IMG/VR virus record: IMGVR_UViG_3300021437_000049
Location: 1 to 39,099 of that record
Length of the DNA stretch: 39,099 nucleotides
Strand: one strand, 5' to 3'
DNA from: a virus
Lineage: Duplodnaviria > Caudoviricetes
Under the pieces are notes generated by a model that made no database searches, was not told the origin of the DNA, and saw nothing but the letters and a program-made list of their open reading frames with translations. Both the position numbers and the translations under genes were made by a program. This document shows, piece after piece, positions 9,107 through 17,755 of the stretch (positions within the stretch are counted from its first letter, which is position 1; each line of letters begins with the position of its first letter).

Positions 9107-9552
9107 GTCGCACCTCCCAAGCAATACTCGAACATTTCCCGCACTGCATTCGGGCACTCGCAGGACTTGTACCGCTCCACCGCCCTCTCAATCAGCGCGG
9201 CTTTATCAATTGGCTGGTCGCCGTGGGTGGCGATGTGGGTGAGGGCTGAATAGAAGGTTTTTGCTGATTTCTCGCTAGAGAAAAAGAAGCCTTCATAGTT
9301 CATCGGCATCGTTATGCCAACCTCATGCGACCCTTTTACTGGACCCATTGGCCTCTCCACCTCCCTGCCGCCGATAGTCATAACGGAGGGGGTGATACGG
9401 AATTCGTAGTCATTCCCATAGTGAGCAATGAGGCTGAGTATCAGTTCTTCATCAAGTGTTACCCATGAGTCCGCACCGATAATTCGGCACTGCACTCGCT
9501 TACCGTCTGCGATGGCGATCAAAATGTCCTTGTATTTGTGGGGTGTTGTCAT
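9103..9552 (-). CDS. Hypothetical protein
   Basis: 149-aa ORF with ATGA coupling on both sides. Confidence 0.7.
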   Translation of the reverse strand: MTTPHKYKDILIAIADGKRVQCRIIGADSWVTLDEELILSLIAHYGNDYEFRITPSVMTIGGREVERPMGPVKGSHEVGITMPMNYEGFFFSSEKSAKTFYSALTHIATHGDQPIDKAALIERAVERYKSCECPNAVREMFEYCLGGAT

Positions 9553-9947
9553 TTCAAGTCCTCAAATCCATCACCAGCATCATTTAGCAAATGCGCGTCA
9601 CTGCCATCGAACAATGCATCGTGTGACGTTTCGACATGCGGTACGGCAACAGGCGATTTCGCAATCTCTTCAAGCAACTCATTCACATACCGGAGCCGTC
9701 CTGACTGGCGCTCATACTCTTCAGCGGTGGCGTGGTAGCGTGCGTTTGCGTTAGTGATCCGTGCTCTGCTTGCGTATGGATCAATGTTTGCCCGTGCGTT
9801 TCCTGCCTGCTCCATAGACTTCATTTCGTGTTTCACGGATTGAAGTAGTTTCTTGCGATGTTTCTGCAACTGCTCTACTGATTGATAGCGGTATGTCCGT
9901 TCGCAGTATTCGCGTTCGTCTTTGTCAAATGCTTGTGTGTTGTTCAT
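9549..9947 (-). CDS. Hypothetical protein
   Basis: 132-aa ORF with ATGA coupling. Confidence 0.7.
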   Translation of the reverse strand: MNNTQAFDKDEREYCERTYRYQSVEQLQKHRKKLLQSVKHEMKSMEQAGNARANIDPYASRARITNANARYHATAEEYERQSGRLRYVNELLEEIAKSPVAVPHVETSHDALFDGSDAHLLNDAGDGFEDLK

Positions 9948-10228
9948 TTCGTTTCTACTTTAGGTGCTGCCTTAAACGGTGGCTCAAACCCTGCGTCAAG
10001 CATTAGCTTCTGCACGTTTACAGGGATAGCGCGGAACTGGTGGCAACACTGTGGGCAAATCACTTCGTCGGAGTTCGGCTCCTTGGGTGCAGACTCTTCC
10101 AACGCCTGCTCTCGTATCGCAGCGGCGAAGGCTTCGAGACTGAGTAGGCCAAGGATTACGCGAGGGCCTTCAACTTCGTCATCGACCATGGTCTGAACGG
10201 CCAGCCTGAATAGTTCTTGTTGGGTCAT
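9944..10228 (-). CDS. Hypothetical protein with CPQC motif
   Basis: GAGGTG SD; ATGA coupling. Confidence 0.7.
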   Translation of the reverse strand: MTQQELFRLAVQTMVDDEVEGPRVILGLLSLEAFAAAIREQALEESAPKEPNSDEVICPQCCHQFRAIPVNVQKLMLDAGFEPPFKAAPKVETK

Positions 10229-10812
10229 GTTTCACCTCGCATTGCTGCGTCAATGGCAGCATCAAGCTCGTATGTCCAAGGTGCCTCAGAACTTCCGTGG
10301 CTTGTTACAACGTGGATGTTTTCTACGACTCCAACTTTCTCCATTTCGTCACCCGAGTCGCGGCACTCGTGGTTTTGTGTATCTCGTAGCCACCGATACC
10401 TAGCAGCATCACTTTCCAGTGTTTCACGTACAAGTCTGAACGCTACCGCCAGATCATCACGCTCAATCTTGTGCGCCATTGCCAAGTCATCCGCTGCACG
10501 CTGATAGTCGTCACGCTGTTTCACCAGTGCTTGCGCCACTTCAGCTAAGTCGTGCCAGCCATGCGAGCTCAACTCATCTGGATCACCTTTAAGCGCGTTT
10601 GCCGTAGCAGTCAGGATGCTTGACATACGTTCACGCAAAGCATCCTGTGCATCACGCTCATAACGCATTTGATTGAAATGATCTACGCAGTCACGGTTTG
10701 CAGACTCCAAGTCTTTGATAGCTGCGATCAACGCTGCACGCGCCTGTTCAATCCCTTCACCATAAGCACTTTGGCGGGCGTAGGAGTCGGCTAATTCAAT
10801 GATGCTGCTCAT
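10225..10812 (-). CDS. Ead/Ea22-like early protein
   Basis: Coiled coil; DAARYRWLR and LDAAIDAAM motifs. Confidence 0.75.
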   Translation of the reverse strand: MSSIIELADSYARQSAYGEGIEQARAALIAAIKDLESANRDCVDHFNQMRYERDAQDALRERMSSILTATANALKGDPDELSSHGWHDLAEVAQALVKQRDDYQRAADDLAMAHKIERDDLAVAFRLVRETLESDAARYRWLRDTQNHECRDSGDEMEKVGVVENIHVVTSHGSSEAPWTYELDAAIDAAMRGET

Positions 10813-10816
10813 GGCT

Positions 10817-10963
10817 TCAGCACCTTGAACTCAATGACCGAGCCCCATTGCTACGCATTGGAGATACCAGCCCCGGTTGGGTGTAGTGGGGCACGCACAC
10901 CACTTGCCCGAATTCCCATGCTTCCACTGCCTCAGTGGGGTGTTTGTCCATGTCTTTTGCCAT
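10817..10963 (-). pseudogene. Short or deleted early gene
   Basis: MAKDMDKHPT.. 48 aa; a different frame ends VIEFKVLKP-TGA coupled to the next ATG. Confidence 0.35.
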
Positions 10964-10989
10964 TTGGTTGCCTGTTGAGTGTTGATGGG

Positions 10990-11598
10990 TTAAGCGGCGG
11001 CTTTTTGCAGGTCTTGGATAGCAAAAAACACATCCATGCAGCCCAGCACATCGGCCATGGCGCTGTGGGCATTGACCAGGGGCCGGCCGGTGAAGTGCTG
11101 GACGCATTCGCCCAGGTTTGCGCTTTTGAAATGGGTGCGACCGGCGGCAAGCATCTTTTCTGTTGGGGGCGCTTTAACAATTGGAGTCGCCAGAATCTGG
11201 GTGCACATTGCATCCCCGTGGGTCCATCTTTCCGCAACACCTTCGCCGAAGTGCCGCAGGAGTGCAATGCGCAGAATGCGGGCATCAAACTGCTGGTTGT
11301 GGGCAATGCGTGTCCGACCAGACCAGAGGCACATGAACATATCTACTACCTGCACTTCGGACAATCCAACGGCCAAAGCACGCTCTGTGGTGATGCCATG
11401 GATTGCGGCCACTTCGTCAGGGATGTTCCAGCCCTCTGGCTTGACGATCACATCCATGCTGGCTACTGTTTTGCGGGTTTCAAGGTCCACCAGACATGCG
11501 GCAAGCTGCACGATGTGGGGCTGGCGTGGGTCTTGACTTGGCTCTTTGAAAAGAGGCAGGCCGGTCGTTTCAGTGTCAAAAAAGATTGCGAGTTTCAT
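10990..11598 (-). CDS. DEDDh 3'-5' exonuclease (DnaQ/epsilon-like)
   Basis: FFDTETTG, AHNQQFD and AHSAMAD motifs. Confidence 0.92.
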   Translation of the reverse strand: MKLAIFFDTETTGLPLFKEPSQDPRQPHIVQLAACLVDLETRKTVASMDVIVKPEGWNIPDEVAAIHGITTERALAVGLSEVQVVDMFMCLWSGRTRIAHNQQFDARILRIALLRHFGEGVAERWTHGDAMCTQILATPIVKAPPTEKMLAAGRTHFKSANLGECVQHFTGRPLVNAHSAMADVLGCMDVFFAIQDLQKAAA

Positions 11599-11602
11599 GG
11601 GG

Positions 11603-12274
11603 TTAAGCTGCCTGTTTGAGTTGGTCAATATTTGAGGATGCGGCGCGGCGCAGTTGGCTTTCGAACTTGCGCACCACCATGGCGAACGAGTCGAGGTCTG
11701 CTTTCAGTGCGGCCAGATCGGTTTCATTGCGCGTGATACGTCGGATGACAAGGCCCAGGCCGGTGTCTTCCAAATCGGGGGACCATAGGCAAAGGTCTAC
11801 CCACTGGCGGTCGAGGAAAAGCAGGTAGCCGTTGATCTGGTCGATGTACTCAGATATATCGCCATCGACCACGGACTGAAACAAGTTCTCACTGCCCACA
11901 ATGGTCTTGATCTCAAGAACACCGTCATTGCCAATAAGTCCGTCCGGGCTCAGACCCAGTAGCCCGCAGTCGCTGGCCGCGAAACCGACTTCCTGAACAA
12001 TGTTGCCGGTCATGGTTTCGTAGGCTTGTCGGGCCAATGGCTCCTGTTCAACGCCAAACTTCATGGCTCCATTCACAAACACGCTTGCTGCTTTACCTCC
12101 CAGGCGTTCGCGTGCAATGTCCTTCGCATATAGCGTGGCTTTGGCAGTCAGGTTTCCATTTTTCAGGCGCTCCCGGGTGACTTTGAAGCGTGAGCCGGTT
12201 ATGCGGCCACGTCTGGCGGCAATCCACTCGTCCGAGCCTTGGGGTGCATCATTGAAAGTGAATTTCATGATCAA
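11603..12274 (-). CDS. YqaJ/lambda-exonuclease family protein
   Basis: QGSDEW..RRGRITGS, G.EQEP.AR, SPDGLI and LEIK motifs. Confidence 0.92.
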   Translation of the reverse strand: MIMKFTFNDAPQGSDEWIAARRGRITGSRFKVTRERLKNGNLTAKATLYAKDIARERLGGKAASVFVNGAMKFGVEQEPLARQAYETMTGNIVQEVGFAASDCGLLGLSPDGLIGNDGVLEIKTIVGSENLFQSVVDGDISEYIDQINGYLLFLDRQWVDLCLWSPDLEDTGLGLVIRRITRNETDLAALKADLDSFAMVVRKFESQLRRAASSNIDQLKQAA

Positions 12275-13374
12275 GCCCCCTGACGGATTTGAGCCAATCG
12301 GCGGTTGAAATGCTCTTCCACTTCGCCGATGCGTGACTGGTCATCCATTGCATTAGCCCAGTCGTAGGCAATATATAGAGCGTCTTCATTTGCCGCCTTG
12401 TCCAATTTGGCAATGACTTGCTCAAACGTGACCGTCACTTCCCCAGTCGCTTGATTTGTGGTGGGCTCTGCTGGCTTGGTTTCTACCGTGCGGGCTTTGT
12501 CTGCATCGATAGCGACTGATTTCAGGTACTCATGTGAGCTATCGAGCAACTTGCGGTTGTCTTTGCCAGTTCCTGCCCAGAACTTCTGGTACGCGGCAAC
12601 CCCGGCTTTTGCTGCTGCCTCTGCTTCGTCATACAGTGCCTGCGGTACTTCTGGCTTGACCACATCAGCGGCACCCATGTTGCGGGGCTGTGGCTGGTCA
12701 AATTCGTCGGGGGTGTAGACACCAAGGATTGCACCAGGGCAGTACAGGCGTGCCCAGTTCTTTACTTGCAGATACCCAAGCTGCTGGCGTGGGTTTGTCT
12801 TCCACAGGGGTGAATTCTTGGTAGTTACCTTGTTCTCATTGAGCCATTCGCCCCAAGTGATTTCAGACTCACCCTTGATGACCGCTCCGACTCGGCACTC
12901 AATTTGTGGGCTATTTCCCCTGTACTCATAGTGGAAGCGCCCCACAATGGTCCCAGACGTTTGCACCACAGCATTGACTAGCTGCGCCTCATAGCCCAAT
13001 GTGCCATTCACAATATGGGTTTTCTGTGCCACAGCAAACGGGTTCAATCCCCACTGCATTGACTGCATCACAACGGCCATACAGTCGCTGGGGTTCTTCT
13101 GCAAATGGACCGGGACGGTGCTGCGGCCGGTGGCCATCAGGTCAGCTACCCGCATTAGGCTTTGCATTGTTGCAACGTCCATCATGAGATTGCTGGCACT
13201 GGTCCGGCCTGTGTCTGATGGAGCTGCGATTGCCAGCGCGTTGTTTTCTTCTTGGGTGGTGTTCATTTCGTGCTTTCTTTGAATATGTTGGTTGAGTCCG
13301 CGCTTGGAGTAGCTTGAGAAAGTGCAGTCTTTGCACTTCCAAAAGCTGGGGCTCCGCGCGCTGTATGAGCCCAT
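12271..13374 (-). CDS. recT: RecT-family annealase with an in-frame N-terminal C2H2 zinc finger (alternative start 13266)
   Basis: NPSDCMAVVMQSMQWGLNPFAVAQKTH and WARLYCPGAILGVYTPDE; adjacent to the exonuclease gene. Confidence 0.88.
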   Translation of the reverse strand: MGSYSARSPSFWKCKDCTFSSYSKRGLNQHIQRKHEMNTTQEENNALAIAAPSDTGRTSASNLMMDVATMQSLMRVADLMATGRSTVPVHLQKNPSDCMAVVMQSMQWGLNPFAVAQKTHIVNGTLGYEAQLVNAVVQTSGTIVGRFHYEYRGNSPQIECRVGAVIKGESEITWGEWLNENKVTTKNSPLWKTNPRQQLGYLQVKNWARLYCPGAILGVYTPDEFDQPQPRNMGAADVVKPEVPQALYDEAEAAAKAGVAAYQKFWAGTGKDNRKLLDSSHEYLKSVAIDADKARTVETKPAEPTTNQATGEVTVTFEQVIAKLDKAANEDALYIAYDWANAMDDQSRIGEVEEHFNRRLAQIRQGA

Positions 13375-14451
13375 TTATGCTTGGGCAAAATCCATTGAAT
13401 CCAGCCACTCAGCGGCGGTCTTGGTATCAACTTTGTACGTGTAGGCCACAAGGTCGATCACTTTCGCGGTAGTCGGTTTGATCAACACTTCCTTGAAGTG
13501 GCCGGCCATTTCCAGCACTTCGTCTGCCTGTTCGACTGGGGCGGATGGGGCTTGCTCAACTGGGGCCACGGATGCGGGCTCAACAGTCACAGCGGCTTGG
13601 TAGGCTTCCAGTGCCTTTGCCTCATTGGCTTCGCGTTGCTGTGCATCCAGCGCGGCGCGTTCTGCTGCGATTTGCTTGGCTTCACGGATCAGGGCGGCGC
13701 GGGCTTCTTCCTGTTCTGCTGCAAAGGCGGCGCGTTGGGCTGACAGGGCGGCGGCAGCTTCGGCTTGGGCGGCGCGTGCTTTTTCCAGCTCTGCACGCGA
13801 TGCTTCCTGTTCAGCCTTGATGCGTAGGCGCTCTGCTTCATCAGCAAACTTATGAGCGTGGGTCGCCTCCATGGAAGCAATGGCCGTGCTGTATGCGTCA
13901 TGGGCCTCGGTGCTGAATTCTTGGAATACAGCATCAATGTCAAGCGCCACCCAGTAATCTTTCAGCCTGTCAATCAGCGCCTGAACACGTTCTGACGTTC
14001 TGCAATCAACTGCCAAAGACTGGTAATTGCGCACTGTTGCAATGTTGACGTGAATTTCAGAAATGCGGTTGCGCTCTTTTTGCTCTGCCTCTGCTTTGAT
14101 CAGAGCCTGCTTGTCGTCCCATGCATCACGCAATGTGAGCAAGCGCATTTCTTCTGGCTCGACAATTTCAACCAGGCGCGCGGCCTCTGCAATGACTGCC
14201 TTTGAGAACTTTGTGGAGTCCTCCCGGGCCTCTTTGCTGACACGTTCAATCATTGTGCGGGCACGCTTCAATTCCATTGCTGCACCGTGCGCTTGCTCCC
14301 TGCCTGCTTTGTCCACCACGGCCACGATGGACACGTTTTTGGCCGCAAGGGCTTTTAGGTCTTGTTCTGTCTGGCTGCTGTTAAGTGCCAGTGCTGCGCG
14401 CTACTGAACCGTCAGTTCCTGTGCAGGGCGGTCGATCATTTCTAGTTCCAT
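13375..14451 (-). pseudogene. Coiled-coil early protein with an in-frame TAG at codon 17 (14403-14401)
   Basis: AAGGA SD + ATG at 14451, in frame with the 319-aa ORF; only one TAG intervenes. Confidence 0.7.
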
Positions 14452-14561
14452 TTTGTGTTTTCCTTGATGCGTTTAATTGACAGTTGAAAGGACAGGGACA
14501 GAGAATTTCCGGCCCTGCGGTAAAGCAAAAATTGCTCAAAAAAATCTTTGATTAGGGTCAC
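14442..14561 (-). CDS. Small hypothetical protein (39 aa, GTG start)
   Basis: GTGA coupling with the upstream stop; fills the gap exactly (MTLIKDFFEQFLLYRRAG..). Confidence 0.5.
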   Translation of the reverse strand: MTLIKDFFEQFLLYRRAGNSLSLSFQLSIKRIKENTKWN

Positions 14562-14833
14562 AGTGCGGACACCTTGGTTTGGTGCCCCATGCGCGTCAGG
14601 CACTGGACTGTTTTGCTATCCAAAAACTTCACTACTGCAAGCTCATTGCCGCATAGCTTCTTTGCTACTTTTTGAAAACGTACCTGTGACTGTTCGTCAC
14701 GGATTGCGTCACGCATTGAGAGCGCTTGAGCATGCTCGTACTGGTGATCTGTAGGGCCATCTAGGAGGCTCATGCCTGCGTATAAGGCTACGATAAGAAT
14801 GGCTAGTAACCAGTTAATTAGTCGGTGTGTCAT
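14558..14833 (-). CDS. Membrane-anchored hypothetical protein
   Basis: N-terminal transmembrane segment WLLAILIVALYAGMSLL; ATGA coupling. Confidence 0.7.
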   Translation of the reverse strand: MTHRLINWLLAILIVALYAGMSLLDGPTDHQYEHAQALSMRDAIRDEQSQVRFQKVAKKLCGNELAVVKFLDSKTVQCLTRMGHQTKVSAL

Positions 14834-15216
14834 TCGTCCCATCCTTCGCGCTCTTGGCACAAAAATGCTTCTTCAATCTCTGCGATCTGGTCTTCAGATA
14901 GGATTTGAGAAATGTCTATGTCGCGTACATAGGCTGCGCACAATTCCGCGCTTTCTGGCTCGTCTGGTTCCATCTTTGGGCCACCGCGATACTCGGTTGA
15001 CCCTTCGCAAGCTGCCTCGTATTCAATGTCGCAAGCCAGATCAACTACGCCTAGCGTGTAGTAAAAGCGTTCAGTTCCTTTTTCAGGCCTAGGGGTCGCA
15101 TGGCCACAGCGCTGGAAACCCTGAATCGTTGCCATCATTTCCCGGTCGTGTGAAACTGGTGGCGGTGTGATGAATGGGTAGATGCTTTGAGCAATAACTG
15201 GGTGTAGTTGGTTCAT
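14830..15216 (-). CDS. First gene of the leftward early operon, hypothetical
   Basis: AAGGAG SD; 128 aa. Confidence 0.75.
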   Translation of the reverse strand: MNQLHPVIAQSIYPFITPPPVSHDREMMATIQGFQRCGHATPRPEKGTERFYYTLGVVDLACDIEYEAACEGSTEYRGGPKMEPDEPESAELCAAYVRDIDISQILSEDQIAEIEEAFLCQEREGWDE

Positions 15217-15511
15217 GGTTCACTCCTTGTTTGTCAAGTGAGAGCAGTTATTACTTGCTGCCCTCGCTTGACAGCCCTGTTGCCAAGGCCTTCCAGTTAC
15301 GTCGATCTGGAGGTATTGCACCCGTAGTTAGCCCGTGGCAAGTGCCATGCGGGTCCGTATCGGTGCCGACTGCTTACCCCACGCGGGACAGTCGGTCACT
15401 TCCATGCTGCTTTTCTTGGTGCATGGCCTCAATCGCTCTCAAGTGGCGATCTACTTGGACTGCTAAACACCACTCACGCTTTCCTGTGTTGGTGTCGCTA
15501 CGTCCCTTAAG

Positions 15512-15524
15512 TTGTTAAAGATCG
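15512..15524 (-). promoter_or_regulatory. Extended boxA antitermination site CGATCTTTAACAA
   Basis: One mismatch to CGCTCTTTAACA; lies just downstream of the predicted pL. Confidence 0.7.
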
Positions 15525-15570
15525 TTTGTCGCTGTGATCAGCGGTTGCATCGTTTGATGCGTTGGGATGA

Positions 15571-15639
15571 ATCATAACGCAAAAGCGTTTTAAAAAAGCG
15601 CAAAAGCGATATTCAATCCAAAAGAAACGCAAAATATTT
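15571..15639 (-). promoter_or_regulatory. pL/OL: repressor operators and -10 TATGAT
   Basis: AACGCAAAAGCGTT (15576), AGCGCAAAAGCGAT (15597) and a half site (15626); same motif and 21-bp spacing as OR. Confidence 0.75.
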
Positions 15640-15660
15640 ATGACCAATTGGTCAGTAACT
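15635..15660 (-). repeat. 26-bp element containing the palindrome TGACCAATTGGTCA (inverted copy at 17756-17781)
   Basis: 24/26 identical to the 17756 copy. Confidence 0.85.
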
Positions 15661-15673
15661 TGTTTTGGGCGTG

Positions 15674-15696
15674 AAAAAGCCGCCTCGGGGGGCGGC
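15674..15696 (-). terminator. Intrinsic terminator insulating pL
   Basis: GCCGCC-N6-GGCGGC-T5 on the minus strand. Confidence 0.75.
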
Positions 15697-15776
15697 ATGT
15701 GGGGTTGGTGTAATTGTATATTGTCGTTAAACTCTATCTATGACGACAATTTGGAGATTTATGGCATCAAATCAAC

Positions 15777-16052
15777 TCAAGATTCAGGTGGATTTGCTGG
15801 AGGCCCAGATGAAATTTGAGCTTTCAGAGATGCAATCTGGAGGGAATGCTTTTCCATTGCTAAAAGATGCTCGTAAATCAGTTTCAAATTTGAGTGATCA
15901 TCAATTGCAAAATCCTTCTGAGTCTGTCGGAAATCTAAAGTGTTTCCTACTGAGGTTGCTAGGTCTGCAACGCTGAGAGCGCCGCGCTTATCCAAGGTTT
16001 CTACCAAGCAGAAAAAGGCAGCAAATAGAGCGCCATCAACAGTGTCTTTCAT
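15777..16052 (-). CDS. Accessory hypothetical protein
   Basis: GGGGG SD; 91 aa; terminator downstream. Confidence 0.65.
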   Translation of the reverse strand: MKDTVDGALFAAFFCLVETLDKRGALSVADLATSVGNTLDFRQTQKDFAIDDHSNLKLIYEHLLAMEKHSLQIASLKAQISSGPPANPPES

Positions 16053-16216
16053 AAATTCCCCCCTAAGTTAAGTCATTTCCAAACGACTCTAGTAGCTATC
16101 TATGTAGCTTCTGTCTACCTATCCAAACAGGTAGTAGCGGCCTAACGACCGACCTGATAAATTTCCTGTAATTTGGTTTGCAGTCAGCACGGCCCTGATC
16201 AAGCCGATAGACATTG

Positions 16217-16546
16217 CTAAAGCTGCGGATGATTCTTGGGGGGCAACCCCGGGTATCGCCGAAGCATTAATCGCTCAATCAGCACAACACTTAGCTGGTG
16301 CGCTGCTTCTTGTCGTTTCTTTTGTTCTCGCAATTGGGGCAAGTTCAATGACCCCAACCAGACCGACAAGTCAGCTTCCAGCCTCTGGGCCTTCCCCTGA
16401 TTCGATAGCTCTTGCAGTTCTTCTGTCTCTCTTATGTGCTTTCGCCATTTCCTATCCTGTGTACCGATGTACCAAAAGATGGAAGCAAACAGAAGTGCAA
16501 CGAGAGCAAGAAAAACTGAAAAAAAGATGATCCATTGAGTGTTCAT
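16217..16546 (-). CDS. Single-pass membrane protein, probably LexA-regulated and leaderless
   Basis: N-terminal transmembrane segment; ATG lies 7 nt after the predicted -10. Confidence 0.7.
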   Translation of the reverse strand: MNTQWIIFFSVFLALVALLFASIFWYIGTQDRKWRKHIRETEELQELSNQGKAQRLEADLSVWLGSLNLPQLREQKKRQEAAHQLSVVLIERLMLRRYPGLPPKNHPQL

Positions 16547-16600
16547 GCTGTGTATTTAATCAGTAGTCAGGGAAGTTATCAATACCAAAATTTATAGCAA
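16546..16600 (-). promoter_or_regulatory. LexA-box promoter, copy 1
   Basis: TTGATA-17-TTAAAT with CTG-ATTAAATACA-CAG (16548-16563) over the -10. Confidence 0.75.
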
Positions 16601-16655
16601 GAGCAACACAGTTGCCTGTTAGGTCGTTGGGTAACTTTAACCCTAGGAGAGAACG

Positions 16656-17078
16656 ATGAAGAAATTTGCCGCCACCGTATTTTTGACAATTAGCGCATCT
16701 GGTGCGTTCGCAGATGCTGGTCCGTACTATGTAAGCTACCCTGGATATTGCAATATCAAAAGGGTGTACATCAATGCGAATGGCGACTTATATGGTGCAG
16801 AGGTCGGATGTGCAGCAATCATGGGACAACCAGTGATCGGAAGTATTTCAACAACTGGCGTTGTAGGTGTTGCTCGATATAACGGCACGGCATCATGCTT
16901 GGAAACTTATCAGCCAACTGGACAACTAAGAGGAGGGTGTTCTGATGGAAATGGAATTGTTTACGCGCCAAATTCAACTTACACCGTAAGGTCTAGTGGC
17001 CCACGGGAGCCTGACTTTGTGGTTAGCTCTGAAGCACCAGACTTAGAGAAAACCAAGAATTTGCCGCAAAGACCATAA
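16656..17078 (+). CDS. Secreted/periplasmic Cys-containing accessory protein
   Basis: AGGAG SD; signal peptide ending AFA-D; 4 Cys. Confidence 0.8.
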   Translation: MKKFAATVFLTISASGAFADAGPYYVSYPGYCNIKRVYINANGDLYGAEVGCAAIMGQPVIGSISTTGVVGVARYNGTASCLETYQPTGQLRGGCSDGNGIVYAPNSTYTVRSSGPREPDFVVSSEAPDLEKTKNLPQRP

Positions 17079-17090
17079 CCAACTGCAAAA

Positions 17091-17336
17091 ATGAACGAGA
17101 TGATTCTTATCGGCGGCGCTGAAGTGCTGCCAGCAACGTCAACAATGCAAGACGGTTCACCAGGAGATTCAATAGTGACTGTTACTTTGCTTCTATTGCA
17201 GGGCGATCTATCCAAAGAACCCAGCCATTCCCCAACAATGACATTGACGCTAGAGGGAGCAAGAAATTTTGCAAAGGAATTGCTTTCAAAGGCTGATTTG
17301 GCCGAGTCAATGAAAAGAACGGGAGCTCTCCAATAA
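17091..17336 (+). CDS. Accessory hypothetical protein
   Basis: 81 aa; followed by a terminator. Confidence 0.55.
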   Translation: MNEMILIGGAEVLPATSTMQDGSPGDSIVTVTLLLLQGDLSKEPSHSPTMTLTLEGARNFAKELLSKADLAESMKRTGALQ

Positions 17337-17378
17337 AGCGCTTTCCGTTTACATACTGAACTTTCATATAGACCCCAC

Positions 17379-17402
17379 ACCGCCCACTGAGGCGGTTTTT
17401 TT
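17379..17402 (+). terminator. Intrinsic terminator
   Basis: ACCGCC-N6-GGCGG-T7. Confidence 0.75.
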
Positions 17403-17466
17403 ACGTCTGAAGAATCCCTTCGTCTTACAGTGGAGATACCACTCACCACACGCGAAAGGATCCGAT

Positions 17467-17700
17467 ATGTTCAAGTTTCTTCAGCACCTGTTCACGCTCA
17501 GGGCCATCGAGAACGAGAATAAAACGCTACTGGCCAAGGTAAAAACGCTTGAAGTCACGGTAAGCGAACTCCAGCATCAAAACGATCAGAACCGGAAAGC
17601 CCACAACGAACTCCAGCGCCAATACGAAGGGCTTGAACACGAATTCAACCAGTTCAAACACCTTCACAGCCAAAGGCCGCTTCACTACCCCAAACTCTGA
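17467..17700 (+). CDS. Small coiled-coil accessory protein (moron-like)
   Basis: AAGGA SD; heptad pattern; terminators on both sides. Confidence 0.7.
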   Translation: MFKFLQHLFTLRAIENENKTLLAKVKTLEVTVSELQHQNDQNRKAHNELQRQYEGLEHEFNQFKHLHSQRPLHYPKL

Positions 17701-17721
17701 CATAGCCAACCCTTTCCAGCC

Positions 17722-17743
17722 GCTACCTTCGGGTGGCTTTTTT
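17722..17743 (+). terminator. Intrinsic terminator
   Basis: GCTACC-TTCG-GGTGGC-T6. Confidence 0.8.
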
Positions 17744-17755
17744 ACGCCAATACAT

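Noticed and set aside
15225-15530. CRISPR or mini-array in the hairpin-rich leader
   Set aside because: The hairpins share no repeated sequence; no cas genes
16140-16624. Integron attC-like GCCTAAC / GTTAGGT motifs around accessory genes
   Set aside because: No paired attC stem of the proper size and no IntI
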